A stretch of DNA of 64,000 bases from Octopus sinensis (GCF_006345805.1 NC_042997.1:115630001-115694000), one strand, 5' to 3'. Counted from the stretch's first letter, positions 1 through 12,073 are shown. Notes: generated by a model not told the origin, from the letters alone. Numbers and translations are program-made.

Positions 1-673
1 ATGTGTGTAGCTGAACTGCTAGAGGGGGAAAAAAACCTCTTTGCAAACATGACACGAAGCCGCAACAACGGCGAAATACTTATCTGTTTCTCACAGTCAG
101 TTCTGGAGTGAATTCGTTTCGCCTACTTCGGAAGTGTATTGCGGTTTTTAACATAATATTTCTAGGGAGGGATTTTTCCCGGATGAAAATCGCAGCTTCT
201 GGCATTTCAGCTGTATTCATACATCATGTTTGTTGTATTGCTAGAGTTTTTAATATCGAGTATGTTTTGTTAATGAGGTGTGATAAGACCAGAACGCGCT
301 CAGAGTTGTTGCTGTGCTCTTAAAGACCAGACACTCTACACAACATAAAGACATTAGATTAATTTTCATTAATGAAAATCTTGGGATTGCTTCTTATGCT
401 TTCTTTTCTTTTCCCTTTATTTTTGTTACTAGATTTCGTAGTATTTTGTATTTTTGTTCAATCAGTCATTGAACTACGACCATACTGGAGCGCAGCCTTC
501 ATTATTACTGTCATTTAAATAAATACGAAGTCCTTGCATATTCTGTATGTTCACACCATCTTGAAACAGAAATATTGTTTATTATTTTTTTTTAATCAGT
601 AAAAGAACACGATGAGTATTCCAACAAGTTCACGCAATAGCAAAAAACAAAATGAAAAGAAAAGCAGTTACTG

Positions 674-745
674 GGGCTCGTCCGGGATTCGAACCCGGGA
701 CCTCTCACACCCGAAGCGAGAATCATACCTCTAGACTAACGAGCC
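674..745 (-). tRNA. tRNA-Pro(CGG), near-intact variant
   Basis: 72-nt match to eukaryotic tRNA-Pro; loop TT-CGG-GT; G9A, G16A, G30:U40 wobble; B box intact. Confidence 0.75.
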
Positions 746-919
746 AATCAATCCGACACGCAAGTGGGTCTAAAACTTCTTTAAATATACTTGATTCACC
801 CCTGTAAAGAGACTTCAAGATATTGTTTATGAAAATTAGCTAACAAATTATTTGTGATATGGTAAGAAAATGAATAAATAAAAAATGAATAAATAAATGT
901 CAACAAGAAAAAAATAACT

Positions 920-991
920 GGGCTCGTCCGGGACTTGAACCCGGGACCTCTCGCACCCTAAGCGAGAATCATACCCCTAGACCAACGAGCC
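920..991 (-). tRNA. tRNA-Pro(AGG)
   Basis: Canonical 72-nt Pro sequence, T-loop TTCAAGT. Confidence 0.95.
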
Positions 992-1055
992 AACTGTTAA
1001 GTGTCGTAAAATCAATTTACAAATAGTAAACATATAACTTCAATTTGCACAAATA

Positions 1056-1214
1056 GGCGTAGGAATGGCTGTGTGGTAAGTAGCTTGCTTACGAATCACA
1101 TGGGGCCGGGTTCAGTCCCACTGCGTGGCACCTTGGGCAAGTGTCTTCTACTAATGCCTCGTGCCGACCAAAGTCTTGTGAGTGGATTTGGTAGGCGGAA
1201 ACTGAAAGAATCCC

Positions 1215-1283
<69 letters not shown>

Positions 1284-1491
1284 TTGTGTGTCTGTGTTTG
1301 TCCCCCCACCCAACATCGCTTGTCAACCGATGGTGGTGTGTTTACGTCCCCATTACTTAGCGGTTCGGCAAAAGAAACCGATAGAATACGTACTAGGCTT
1401 ACAAAGAATAAATCCTGGGGTCGATTTGCTCGACTAAAGGCAGTGCTCCAGCATGGCCACAGTCAAATGACTGAAACAAGTAAAAGAGTAA
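1056..1491 (+). mobile_element. tRNA-derived SINE family A (CORE-like, internal microsatellite)
   Basis: A box TGGCTGTGTGG, B-box-like GGTTCAGTCCC, CORE-like CACCTTGGGCAAGTG, (TA)n(TG)n, GTAAAAGA tail. Confidence 0.85.
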
Positions 1492-2326
1492 TCATAGACG
1501 CATTGTACGCACACACACATATTGATACTCACATACACACAAATATACATGCATACACACAGCTCTATCGCTAAAACGCAATGTAAAAGGTCCAGGTTAT
1601 AGTGCACCCAGACCGAATCATTATGTCATCGCTTAATCGTAATTGCGGTAATTTCCCTCTTTTAATTAAACCTTATCGTAGAGAATTTGTAGATTATTTG
1701 ATAGACACGTGGACTGTGGATCTGAGAGTAGAAAAACTTTAAAAAAATAAAGATCTTCAAGACAAGTGGAGTTAATACGAAAAGGTAATCTTTTCTATTA
1801 ATGCCTGAAATTTGGGGGGGAGGGGACTAGTCGATTATACCGACCCCAGTGTTTTACTGGTACTTAATTTATCGACCCCGAAAAGATGATGGAAGTTCCG
1901 GCACCCATGACAAACGATCCTCATTTTCTACGCTCAACACGAGTGCTTTTATGCACCAAGGATCTCTCGAGGCTAATAACGCAGTATTCGGCCTTCTAAC
2001 AAGACATCCAAGTGAGGCTATATAAAAAGATTACCTTTTCGTATTAACTCCACTTGTCTTGAAGATCTTTATTTTTTTAAAGTTTTCTACTCTCAGATCC
2101 ACAGTCCACGTGTCTATCAAATAATCTACAAATTCTCTACGATAAGGTTTAATTAAAAGAGGGAAATTACCGCAATTACGATTAAGCGATGACATAATGA
2201 TTCGGTCTGGGTGCACTATAACCTGGACCTTTTACATTGCGTTTTAGCGATAGAGCTGTGTGTATGCATGTATATTTGTGTGTATGTGAGTATCAATATG
2301 TGTGTGTGCGTACAATGCGTCTATGA

Positions 2327-2532
2327 TTACTCTTTTACTTGTTTCAGTCATTTGACTGTGGCCATGCTGGAGCACCGCCTTTAGTCGAGCAAATCGACCC
2401 CAGGATTTATTCTTTGTAGGCCTAGTACTTATTCTATCGGTTTCTTTTGCCGAACCGCTAAGTAACGGGGACGTAAACACACCACCATCGGTTGACAAGC
2501 GATGTTGGGTGGGGGGACAAACACAGACACAC

Positions 2533-2614
<82 letters not shown>

Positions 2615-2776
2615 GAAGGGATTCTTTCAGTTTCCGCCTACCAAATCCACTCACAAGACTTTGGCCGGCCCGAGGCATTAATAGAAGACACTTGCCCAAG
2701 GTGCCACGCAGTGGGACTGAACCCGGCCCCATGTGATTCGTAAGCAAGCTACTTACCACACAGCCATTCCTACGCC
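2327..2776 (-). mobile_element. SINE family A
   Basis: Inverted copy of 1056-1491. Confidence 0.85.
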
Positions 2777-2840
2777 TATTTGTGCAAATTGAAGTTATAT
2801 GTTTACTATTTGTAAATTGATTTTACGACACCTAATAGTT

Positions 2841-2912
2841 GGCTCGTTGGTCTAGGGGTATGATTCTCGCTTAGGGTGCGAGAGGTCCCGGGTTCAAGTC
2901 CCGGACGAGCCC
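2841..2912 (+). tRNA. tRNA-Pro(AGG)
   Basis: Identical inverted copy of 920-991; T5 run just downstream. Confidence 0.95.
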
Positions 2913-3124
2913 AGTTATGTTTTTCTTGTTGACATTTATTTATTCATTTTTTTTATTTATTCATTTATTCATTTTTTATTTATTCATTTTTTTTGCCATA
3001 TCACAAATAATTTGTTAGCTAATTTTCATAAACAATATCTTGAAGTCTCTTTACAGGGGTGAATCAAGTAATTTAATGTTCAATCTCTACTCTTTATAAT
3101 TTTGTTTCATCGCCATCAGAAAAT

Positions 3125-3144
3125 GGCTCGTTCGTCTAGGGGTA
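3125..3144 (+). pseudogene. tRNA-Pro 5' fragment
   Basis: GGCTCGTTCGTCTAGGGGTA, then abruptly followed by a SINE head region. Confidence 0.5.
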
Positions 3145-3167
3145 CCTCAGCTACATAAAAGAAATAG

Positions 3168-3330
3168 ATGCGGCTGTATGGTAAGAAGCTTCCTTCCCAA
3201 CCACATGGTTCCAGGTTCAGTCCCATTGCCTGGCACTTGGGCAAGTGTCTTCAACCGTAGATTCGGGCCGACAAAAGCCTTATGAGTGGATTTGGTAGAT
3301 GGAAACTGGAAGCAGCCTATATATATATAT
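3168..3330 (+). mobile_element. SINE family A, 5' half
   Basis: Head and CORE-like region ending in (TA)n. Confidence 0.75.
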
Positions 3331-3726
3331 GACATGGAAAAATGCGAGCAAGAGAAATAATATTCTTAACGTTATAAATCAGGAAAATTACAGGACAAGT
3401 TATTACACTTGGAAAAATTCAGGACAACTTATTACATCTGGTAAAGTACAGAAGAAGAAATTTTTACTTAAAAAGGATAAGAGTTGAATATTAAAAATTA
3501 TCTGGTTTTAATTTACAAAGTAACATTATAATTTTAAAAGGTACCATCGTTTTGTTAAAATATTGACACACTAGGATACTTAAAAAATGAGAGCCAGAAG
3601 TACCAAGATTGATAAAGTTTTATGCCAAGTAGAACAGTATATATGGTAGGGAAATTTATGTAAAAAAATAGGCATTGGCTCAAGACTGAAGTTAAATGTA
3701 ATTTAATTTCGCCGTTATTTGTGAGT

Positions 3727-3789
3727 GGCTCATTGTTCTAATGGTTTGATCGGTACGAGAGGTGCTGGGTTCAAATCCCGAACGAGCCC
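3727..3789 (+). pseudogene. decayed tRNA-Pro
   Basis: Recognisable ends and T arm; internal deletion in D/anticodon region. Confidence 0.75.
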
Positions 3790-4006
3790 AATTTCTTTCA
3801 TTTTTCTGACATTTTATTTTTGCTTATTTTTTATTTTTTTGTTTTATTTTATTATTATTTGATTTTGCTTTTTTTGCCAATTCACAAATAATATGTTTGT
3901 TAATTTCCATAAACAGTATCTTGGAGTCTCTTTACAGGAGGTGACACGGGTAATTTGACGTTAAATCTTCATTCCTTGTAGCTGAGTTCCATGGTTATTT
4001 GCAAGT

Positions 4007-4078
4007 GGCACGTTCGTCAAGACGTATGATTTTCGCTTAGGGTGCGAGAGGTCCCGGGTTCAAATCCCGGACGAGCCC
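4007..4078 (+). pseudogene. tRNA-Pro(AGG) with degraded 5' half
   Basis: 3' half canonical; acceptor and A-box substitutions (GGCACGTTCGTCAAGACG). Confidence 0.75.
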
Positions 4079-4245
4079 AAATCCTTTTTTTTACTAGTTT
4101 TGATATTCATTTTTTAACACTAATTTTAAAATTCATATTATGTCATGTTTTAATTTTGAAAATATATTATCTCATTCCATTGTTATGCATTGCAAGAAAA
4201 TATATCTTCGTATCATGTTGTTATATTCTACTCATTGCTTTAAAT

Positions 4246-4553
4246 CATAGGTTCTCAAAGTGGTCGCTACCCTCCCCCTCCCCGGTGGGCATTGACACAG
4301 TCCAGGTGGGCGCTGGTGCCTAAGAGGAAGGGCCGTTAGAGAAAAAGGAGGCGTTGGTAGGAGGGCAGTGGATTGGTGGACGCTATGAACTTATAATATT
4401 ATTATAGTATTGTATACAAATTATATAATATTATATTAAATATCAAATGATCCATATTACATATAAATTAGTAAAATATAGAATATTTATACATAAAAAT
4501 AGGGGTGGGGTCACTGAAGGTATTATGTCGCCCAAAAACTTTGAGACTCTTTG
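4246..4553. mobile_element. non-autonomous hAT(Charlie)-like element
   Basis: Degenerate termini CATAGGTTCTCAAAGT...AACTTTGAGACTCTTTG resembling CAGTGGTTCTCAAA-type TIRs. Confidence 0.45.
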
Positions 4554-4931
4554 TTTTAGATGCTTATATAGTAACGAACAGACACAGTCGGGTCTCCAGT
4601 CCTTGACGATATGAGATGTGCATAATTTAACAGCTAGTAGGAACAGTCGACTAGAGCTCCTTGCAGCTCAGTAGACTGTTCCTTATGCTCTTCTTTCTAA
4701 TTTCTTACAATTAATCATTTAGATGACGGTTGCTCGATGTATTTTAATACTATTATTCTTTCGAATTTTTCAAACATCGGAAAGGCGACCATACTGAGAT
4801 TGCAATTTTAATAAATTAAATTTTCTGGGGCATCACGCGTGTCAGTAGCATCTTAAAGTAGGAAAATGTACTAAGAAAGAAAAGAAAAAAAAACGAATGA
4901 ATAAACGAAAAAATGTATTCCAACTCAGTTG

Positions 4932-5145
4932 TCTATTATATAAAATCCGTTCTGTCTGTCTGTGTGTGTGTCTTCTAGGATCTCGGGCATCTTCCATCCG
5001 ATTGAGCTCAAATTTGATATGTAGATACCGACGGTATCAGGGAATGTATAAATCTTGAAAAAATTACAAAAATCGATTCCAGGTGAGAATACGATCGATA
5101 AAGCCGTGGTAACGTGCATTTGTAAGCGCAAGTATATCAGCTGTT
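4932..5145 (+). mobile_element. possible non-autonomous Helitron-like 5' portion
   Basis: TCTATTATATAAAA start followed by (CTGT)n/(GT)n, a layout typical of such elements; no 3' end found. Confidence 0.35.
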
Positions 5146-5370
5146 GCGATGTACTTACTGGTACTTTACACTCTTCGGTTGCATATTTGTGTGGATAAAA
5201 TCGTTTTTCTTTGGAATAGAAAAAAGTCTATCTTTATTTCTTCTTTTGCTGGTGTCTCAAATTTAGGTTAAATCAGTGTTTCTCAAAGGGGAGGCCTATG
5301 GGACAGTCAGAGAAGTTGTTTTGAGAAAATTTGGTTTAAATGTTTGCTCGTAGATATATATAAAACAAAT

Positions 5371-5719
5371 AGGCGTGGCTGTGTGGTAAGAAGCTTCCAT
5401 CGCAACCAGTTTCAGTCCCACTGCGTGGGCAAGTGTCTTCTATTGCAGCCTCGGGCCGACCAAAGTATTGAGAGTGGATTTGGTAAACTGAAACTGAAAG
5501 CAGCATATCGAATATACATAAATGTGTGCGTCATTGTGTCTGTGTTTGTCCCCCCATCGCAGCTTGAAAACCAGTGTTGGTGTGTTTGCGTCCTAAGAAA
5601 CCGATAGAATAAATACTAGGCCTAAGAAATAAGTCCTAGAGTAGATTTGCTAGACTAAAAACCTACAGGGCGATGTTCCAGCATGGCCGCAGTCAAACGA
5701 ATGGAACAACTAGAAGAAT
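5371..5719 (+). mobile_element. SINE family A, diverged
   Basis: Head, CORE-like block and CCAGCATGGCCGCAGTC tail. Confidence 0.8.
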
Positions 5720-5750
5720 TTCCTATGCGGCAAAAAGAAATGTTGCACTC

Positions 5751-5822
5751 GGGCTCGTCCGGAATTCGAATCCGGGACCTCTCGCACCCAAAGCGAGAAT
5801 CATACCCCTAGACCAACGAGCC
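5751..5822 (-). tRNA. tRNA-Pro(TGG) with A53:U61 T-stem pair
   Basis: Canonical except T arm CCGGA-TTCGAAT-TCCGG; expression doubtful because both changes are B-box positions. Confidence 0.7.
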
Positions 5823-5956
5823 AAACCGTACAAAGAACACCGTTCTCTAAATATACGAAAAATTATTGCAAAACACCATTGCAAATACTTTTTGCTTGTC
5901 GCTGTTGTTTTCTGTTTGTTTATTTTTCATCTTGTTTATTTTAGTTATTCATTTAT

Positions 5957-6408
5957 GGTACTATTTAAGAAGAGTGGTCCCGGTGCGCGAACTCGCGCAT
6001 CTGCGCTTGCTCGTCGTGACTAGTCGATCCTACAATGACCATCTAGCGCGTGTGCGCGTATGCAAATTAATAGATGTTTTTTTTTTAACAAATAGGGTTT
6101 TTTTTTACACAAAGTAAATAATTTTTTAAACAAAGTAAATAATTTTTTCTAAACAACATAAGTAATTTTTTTAAAATTTACTTTGTCTTTTTGTGTTTTA
6201 TTTACTTTGTTTAAAAAAATTATTTACTTTGTGTAAAAAATTATTTATTTTGTATAAATAAAACCTATTTGTTTAAAAAGAAAACCCATCTTTTAATTTG
6301 CATACGCGTACTCGCGCTAGGTAGTCGTTATAGGATCGACTAGTCACGACTAGCTAGTGCGGATGCGCGAGTACGCGAGTGCGCGCACCGGGACCACTCT
6401 TCTTAAAT
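5957..6408. mobile_element. MITE with long (~130-bp) imperfect TIRs
   Basis: ATTTAAGAAGAGTGGTCCCGGTGCGCG ... CGCGCACCGGGACCACTCTTCTTAAAT around an AT-rich, itself partly palindromic core. Confidence 0.8.
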
Positions 6409-7102
6409 TTTATTTATGTGTACTACGTCTCCAAATCTGTGTAGTTCAATTGAGATACTTAAGTATTCGCCAAGTCTACTCACAGATCCATTGTCCACGT
6501 GTCTACCAAGCAATTCTCCACAAGATCATTTAATTAAGACAGAAATTACAGCAACAGCCATTGACCGACGGCATAATACTTCGCTCTAAGCACACAATGA
6601 CGTGGTGCATTACGTTGTCTTTTAATGATAGAGAGGAGTATGTAAGGATCGACGTTTGTTGTGGCTATAAGTGTTTATGAGCGTATCACTGCTCGCGTGT
6701 GTGCGTGTTTATATGTAACTTGAAGTTTAATCTTTACTGTAAGTAATTTGGCGTTCCTTCGTTTTAACTTGATAAAATCATAACAAGACCTCGGTTGTTT
6801 CCGTGACAACTCAACAATTCACTTCGGATATCTTCGTGACTTCCGTGACAGTGTGTGTGTTCTGTTTTTATGTATTTATGTGTTGTGGAATATAGATATA
6901 AAGAAATTATACCAGCAAAAAGCTTTGCATATTTGTTCTTACCTGCTTCATGTGTGTATGTAAAATCCGAAAATTTTCGGAGGTCACGAAGATATCCGAA
7001 GTGAATTGTCGAGTTGTCACGGAAACAACCGAGGTCTTGTTAAGGTTTAGTCGAGTTAAAACGAAGGAACGCCAGTAATTTAATTTCACCATCCTCGTAA
7101 GC

Positions 7103-7158
7103 GGCTCGTTTGTCTAGGGGTATAATTTTTCTCTTAGGGTGCGAGAGGTCCCGGTTCA
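7103..7158 (+). pseudogene. tRNA-Pro(AGG) truncated in T arm, fused to MITE
   Basis: Pro sequence up to GGTCCCGGTTCA, then MITE sequence. Confidence 0.8.
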
Positions 7159-7323
7159 CGCACTCGCGTACTCGCGCATCCGCGCTAGCTAGTCGGGACT
7201 AGTCGATCCTACAACGACTACCTAGCAAAGTAAATAAAACACAAAGTAACAATCGACTAGTTACGACTAGCTAGCGCGGATGCGTGAGTACGCGCACCGG
7301 GACCGCTCTTCTTAAATAGTACC
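7159..7323. mobile_element. deleted copy of the same MITE
   Basis: Ends in CCGCTCTTCTTAAATAGTACC, reverse complement of the 5957 terminus. Confidence 0.8.
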
Positions 7324-7344
7324 TTTATTTGTCTGTCTTCATTT

Positions 7345-7375
<31 letters not shown>

Positions 7376-8664
7376 CTAGCAGAATTGCCCGGCGATGCTC
7401 GGGGCTGAATTGCTTGAAAGTACTGTTAATGATTGCACTGAATTATGATGATTATTCAGGCAAATATTGATATAAGTTTACGGTGGGAGATAAGGACTTA
7501 ACGATCAAACGTGTGCCATTGCATTGTTTTGGGGGAACCAAATTTCTAATGAGCATTATAGGGGCACCAACTTTAAGTTTGAGAATGTGTGGTGGTAGTC
7601 CGGGGGGCTCAAAGGAGCTGAGTACCTCTATTGGATGGTTGATGACGTCCTCTGGGTCAGGAGTTGTATCGATAGACTTATATACATAGACATCCCCGGG
7701 AATGAGTTTTAGCATTTCATCATTAATATGGTGAACAGTTTTATTCCTCGGGGTCAGAATAGCCCTTTGGCCAATCCATATTCTGATAATTAGCTTGTAG
7801 ATCTGGGAACACTGCATCTCTGAGATCAGAAGGCGTTTTAACAATGGTACAAATGGAATCGATGGCAATATTACCATTTTCATCCCCTGGTATTTTGCCT
7901 TCGCCAAGTGCAAGGAAGGTGTGAGAAAATGCTGCTGATGTGATATTACGTCGCATATGAGCACGCATATTGGTGTGAAGTTTGAGAGTCTTCACCAGTG
8001 GCCACAATGTGGATGACTTAAGACACGCACTTACTGCATCAGCTCTAGTCCCTTTGGGAATAACGGGAAGTGTTATGCCTCCCATGGGAGCTGAAAAGTG
8101 TTTGATGTCTCTGAGAGATCTATCTAGTGCCTCAAGAGCACCTCTGTGGGCAATCGTGCATTCATCCCAAACGATAAGCTTGCATCGTCTGAAGACTTCT
8201 GCCTGATCGGAGCTGTTACTGATGTTGCAAGTTGGTGTCTCAGTCTTCGCTAAGTCAAGCGGAAGCTTGAAAGTGGAGTGAGTTGTCCTGCCGCCTGGCA
8301 ACAAAGTAGCCGCAATTCCAGATGATGCCACAGCTAGGGCAATGCCTTGTGTTCGCCTAATCTCAGCCAATATTAGTTTGTTGACAAAAGTTTTCCCAGT
8401 GCCCCTAGGAGCGTCCAGGAAAAAAATCCCCCCAGCTTTGGCCCGGACTGAATTAACAACGGAGTTTTAAGCGAACTTCTGTTCTGGAAGGAGCTTTGGC
8501 TCATTGTCGGCTATGTACTCGGCAAGCTCGTCAACCTTAAAACGTGTCTCACGCAGCAAATGTGAAGACAGAGTGTTTGTGCCTTCCCGGTTTGTTGAAG
8601 GTAGGCCATAGACCGGCAAGGCACTACCGCCCATATCAAGTACAGTATCTTCGAACGTAGTCTG
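7376..8664 (-). mobile_element. Helitron 3' fragment (PIF1-like helicase pseudogene plus 3' terminus)
   Basis: Frameshifted motifs DAPRGTGKT, AVASSGIAATLL-GGRT-HS-FKLP, IVWDEC, LKLKVGAPIMLIRNL..CNGTRL; CCCGAGCATCGCCGGG hairpin then CTAG followed by T. Confidence 0.9.
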
Positions 8665-9817
8665 TTACCACACAGCCACACCTGCCCCTATGTATGTGTG
8701 TGTCTGTGTGTGTGTGCGTGTGTGTGTATGGGTAGATATATTATGCATGTATATATGAGTATATATATATATATGTGTACATATTACATGTACATCTATA
8801 TATATATATATACATCTACACATAAAATACAAAATACAAAGTTATATCTTGATATCGCTAGTGATAACAATACTCAAAATATATAACAGACTGGAATTGT
8901 AGGCCCGTCTCTTGCAATTTCGATCAATTGGATCTTGTCCTCCCTCTTGGATAGAAGTGTACGGCTGCAGCGAAATTCCTTTTTGGACTTTCTTCTATCG
9001 AAGGCATTTTAACAAAAATGCTTCCGTAAAGACGGCGAAAATATTGTCAAGTTCCCCAAACAGGAATACAATTCAATTTCGAAACAATAACCGGAAGGGG
9101 GAGGGTTACGGTTTACAATTATTTAACAAATGCAACACAACAACGTTTCCCTGACGAGGAACCAACAAACGTGATTACAATAGTCAAACAGTAATAATAA
9201 TAACAACAAACCCTATTAATTTATCCCCATTTATGTAAAACCACTTATTCAAGTTCAAGTCATTGATGCAATTTTATACGAATTGCTAATACACACACAC
9301 ATAATAAGGGTGAAAAATTGAATATTAATTTGATTAATATGAATTGAAAACCAGTGGTGTAGCATATAAGACCATAGCGGATCTTCCTCTAGCAAAAAAT
9401 ATTTTCACTTTAATTGTTGCACACTTGCAAAGAGAAAGGAGGAGAAAGTGTAGCACTTGAAATGAGAGAGGCAAATCGTAAAATATTGAATTTTCTCGAA
9501 TTTTTGCTTAATTAGGGGTCAAATTGAAAAAAACTTTACATGCCATGACCCAATGGAATCTACTTGGAAAAATCATAGGTAAATTCCAATTGAAGAAATT
9601 CTATATTCTACAATTGTATAAAAAACGAACGATTTGGGAGGCAGAGAAAATCTGCCTTTTATCATAAGAGATTTATTTATTTATTGCTAATTCACTAATT
9701 AACCTGTCTGCTAATTACCATAAGAAGTATCTTGGAGTCTCTTTCAACGGGTAAATTGGATAATTTGTAGTTAAATCTTTACTTTTTAATAATTTAGTTT
9801 CATCGCTATTTGTAAGT

Positions 9818-9876
9818 GGCTCGTTGGTCTAGGGGTATGATTTTCGCTTAGGGTGCGAGAGGTCCCGGACGAGCCC
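9818..9876 (+). pseudogene. tRNA-Pro(AGG) lacking 13 nt of T arm
   Basis: 59 nt; GAGGTCCCGGACGAGCCC, deletion between TCCCGG direct repeats. Confidence 0.9.
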
Positions 9877-10091
9877 AGCTTTTTCTTTCTTTTTTTTTGC
9901 TGATATCTTATTTCTATTTATTTATTTATTATTTATTTTATTTTAATTTATTTTATTTTTTGCTAATTTTTCCACGGGTGAATCGAGTAATTTGACGTTA
10001 AATCTTTACTCTTTACCATTTAGTTATATATATATATATATACAGAGAGAGAGAGAGAGACAGAGAGAGACAGAGACAGACAGACAGACAG

Positions 10092-10153
<62 letters not shown>

Positions 10154-10296
10154 CACGAGCACACTTCGTCCCTCATCATGATGTTTTATGACATCAGTGA
10201 TGTATTACAGAGCGTAGAACATACGTATTTCTAATGGGGAAAACCATTAAAGTACTTAGAAATAACACTGAATAAAAAAGAAAAAAAAATAACCAT

Positions 10297-10650
10297 GGCG
10301 TAGGCGTGACTGTGTAGTAAGACGTTTGCTTCCCAACCACATGTTCCCAACCACAAGTTCCCAACCCCGGGTCGACCAAAGCCGTCTGAGTAGATTTGGT
10401 AGACGGAAACTGAAAGAAGCCTGTCATATATATACGTTTATTTGTGTGTGTGTGTGCGTGTGTGTCCCTCCACCATCGCTTGACAACCGATGTTCGTGTG
10501 TTTACGTCCCCGAAACATGGCGGTTCGGTAAAAGAGCCCGATAGAATAAGGCTTACAAAGAATAAGTCCTAGGGTCGATTTGTTCGACAAAAGGCAGTGC
10601 TCCCGCATGGCCGTAGTCAAATGACCAAAACAAGTAAAGAATAAAAGAAT
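10297..10650 (+). mobile_element. SINE family A, internally deleted
   Basis: Head, partial core and GTAAAGAATAAAAGAAT tail. Confidence 0.8.
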
Positions 10651-10717
10651 ATATCCTATTGTAATTTTGAAAATTAGCTGAAAAATATGAGATCACAAAA
10701 AAAAAAATCAAAAATTA

Positions 10718-10789
10718 GGGCTCGTCCGGGATTTGAACCCGGGACCTCTCGCACCCTAAGCGAAAATCATACCCCTAGACCAACGAGCC
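10718..10789 (-). tRNA. tRNA-Pro(AGG), U27 variant
   Basis: 72 nt canonical except C27T. Confidence 0.93.
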
Positions 10790-11257
10790 AACTGTAGACG
10801 TAAGCAGGAATTTTAATATAAATAGCAACTTTTTAAATTCAACCTATATACATATGCGTACGCAAAGATTTTTATATGAGATACAAGATTTAATAATTTT
10901 CTAATGGGCCACGTCATGTGTGGTAGACCGTGATTATTATGCTGTTTGCTTAATCTTAAATTTAAAATTACTTATAGTACTATTGTGTAGTCAATGAATT
11001 ATTAGTTTATGTCTGTTTCCCTCTTCGAAATCTGTAGAAGTTGTGGATTTCTATTTAATATAGGCGTGGGTAGTGAATTTATGTGTTTACTAGACAAATA
11101 TGTCAATGAAAGAGAGCAAATTTGGAAACATAATACGGAAAATAGAAAAAAAAAAAATTTTTAAACATATTTCAAACATAACAGTCAGATATAATCTATG
11201 TTAACACGAAAACTAATTTCAAGTCAATTTAATACTTTGCAGTATTTTTAGTGAGCT

Positions 11258-11329
11258 GGCTCGTTGGTCTAGAGGTATGATTCTCGCTTTGGGTGCGAGA
11301 GGTCCCGGGTTCGAATCCCGGGCGAGCCC
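11258..11329 (+). tRNA. tRNA-Pro(TGG)
   Basis: 72 nt; G16A and U7:G66 wobble; T4 downstream. Confidence 0.9.
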
Positions 11330-11536
11330 AAGTCCTTTTGCTTTATTTCTTCTTTCTTGTGCATAAGGGTGTCTTTTTATTATTACATGATCAAGCTGAT
11401 ACGCATTGTGCAAACGCTAATTCTTCTTCTCTAGACATTTGTCGAAAATTTAAAAATAGTGGACCGTAATTATCTAAATTCGTGTGTATGTATGGCAGTT
11501 AAAATTCAATAGTTCTTATTTGAAAACTCACCGGTT

Positions 11537-11607
11537 GCCTCGTTGGTCTGGAGTTTTTATCTCGTTCAGGGTGCGAAAGATCCTCGATTCAAATCCCAGA
11601 TGGGCCC
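11537..11607 (+). pseudogene. decayed tRNA-Pro(AGG-like)
   Basis: CTCGTTGGTCT...AGGGTGCGA...TTCAAATCCC with many substitutions. Confidence 0.75.
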
Positions 11608-11990
11608 TTATTTCTGTTTGGGTACCTTTTCTCTGCTAATTTTAAAAATTTCATTGGAGTATATGTTTTGATATTTTAATAAAGACTGTGTCCCTCCATG
11701 TTTGTTTTCCTTGGGTTTCCTAGCATACCTCCACTGTGCTGTTTTTGTTACCAACTTTAACCCTCCATAAATCCCAAATTTTATTTTGGCTTTTGTGGAC
11801 CAACTGTCTTCGAAGACTCATATTGCCGTTCAATCCTCGGAATGAGGAGTAGATAGGTAGCCGACAAGTGATGAAGGGTCGTTCTTTATGTTACTTGTCC
11901 TGTTTTCCATTTGTTTCTCTCGTTGTTTGCGTATTCAACTCATTTGTTTTCGTACTTCATGTTGTTTATGGTTTGTGACGTCCGGTACCC

Positions 11991-11998
11991 ATATATAT

Positions 11999-12064
<66 letters not shown>

Positions 12065-12073
12065 GAGAGAGAG

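Larger units (their letters stand above)
788..3070. repeat. ~1-kb inverted duplication (arms ~788-1794 and ~2025-3070, ~230-bp spacer)
   Basis: Arms read as reverse complements, including tRNA-Pro(AGG) and a SINE. Confidence 0.92.

Noticed and set aside
7452-8370. PIF1 helicase as a cellular gene
   Set aside because: Frameshifts, an in-frame stop, no introns and an adjacent Helitron 3' terminus
8870-9200. Possible coding exon in a GC-richer patch
   Set aside because: Short frames with stops and no recognisable motif
9818-9876. Functional T-armless tRNA like nematode mitochondrial tRNAs
   Set aside because: Nuclear Pol III transcription needs the B box, which the deletion removes
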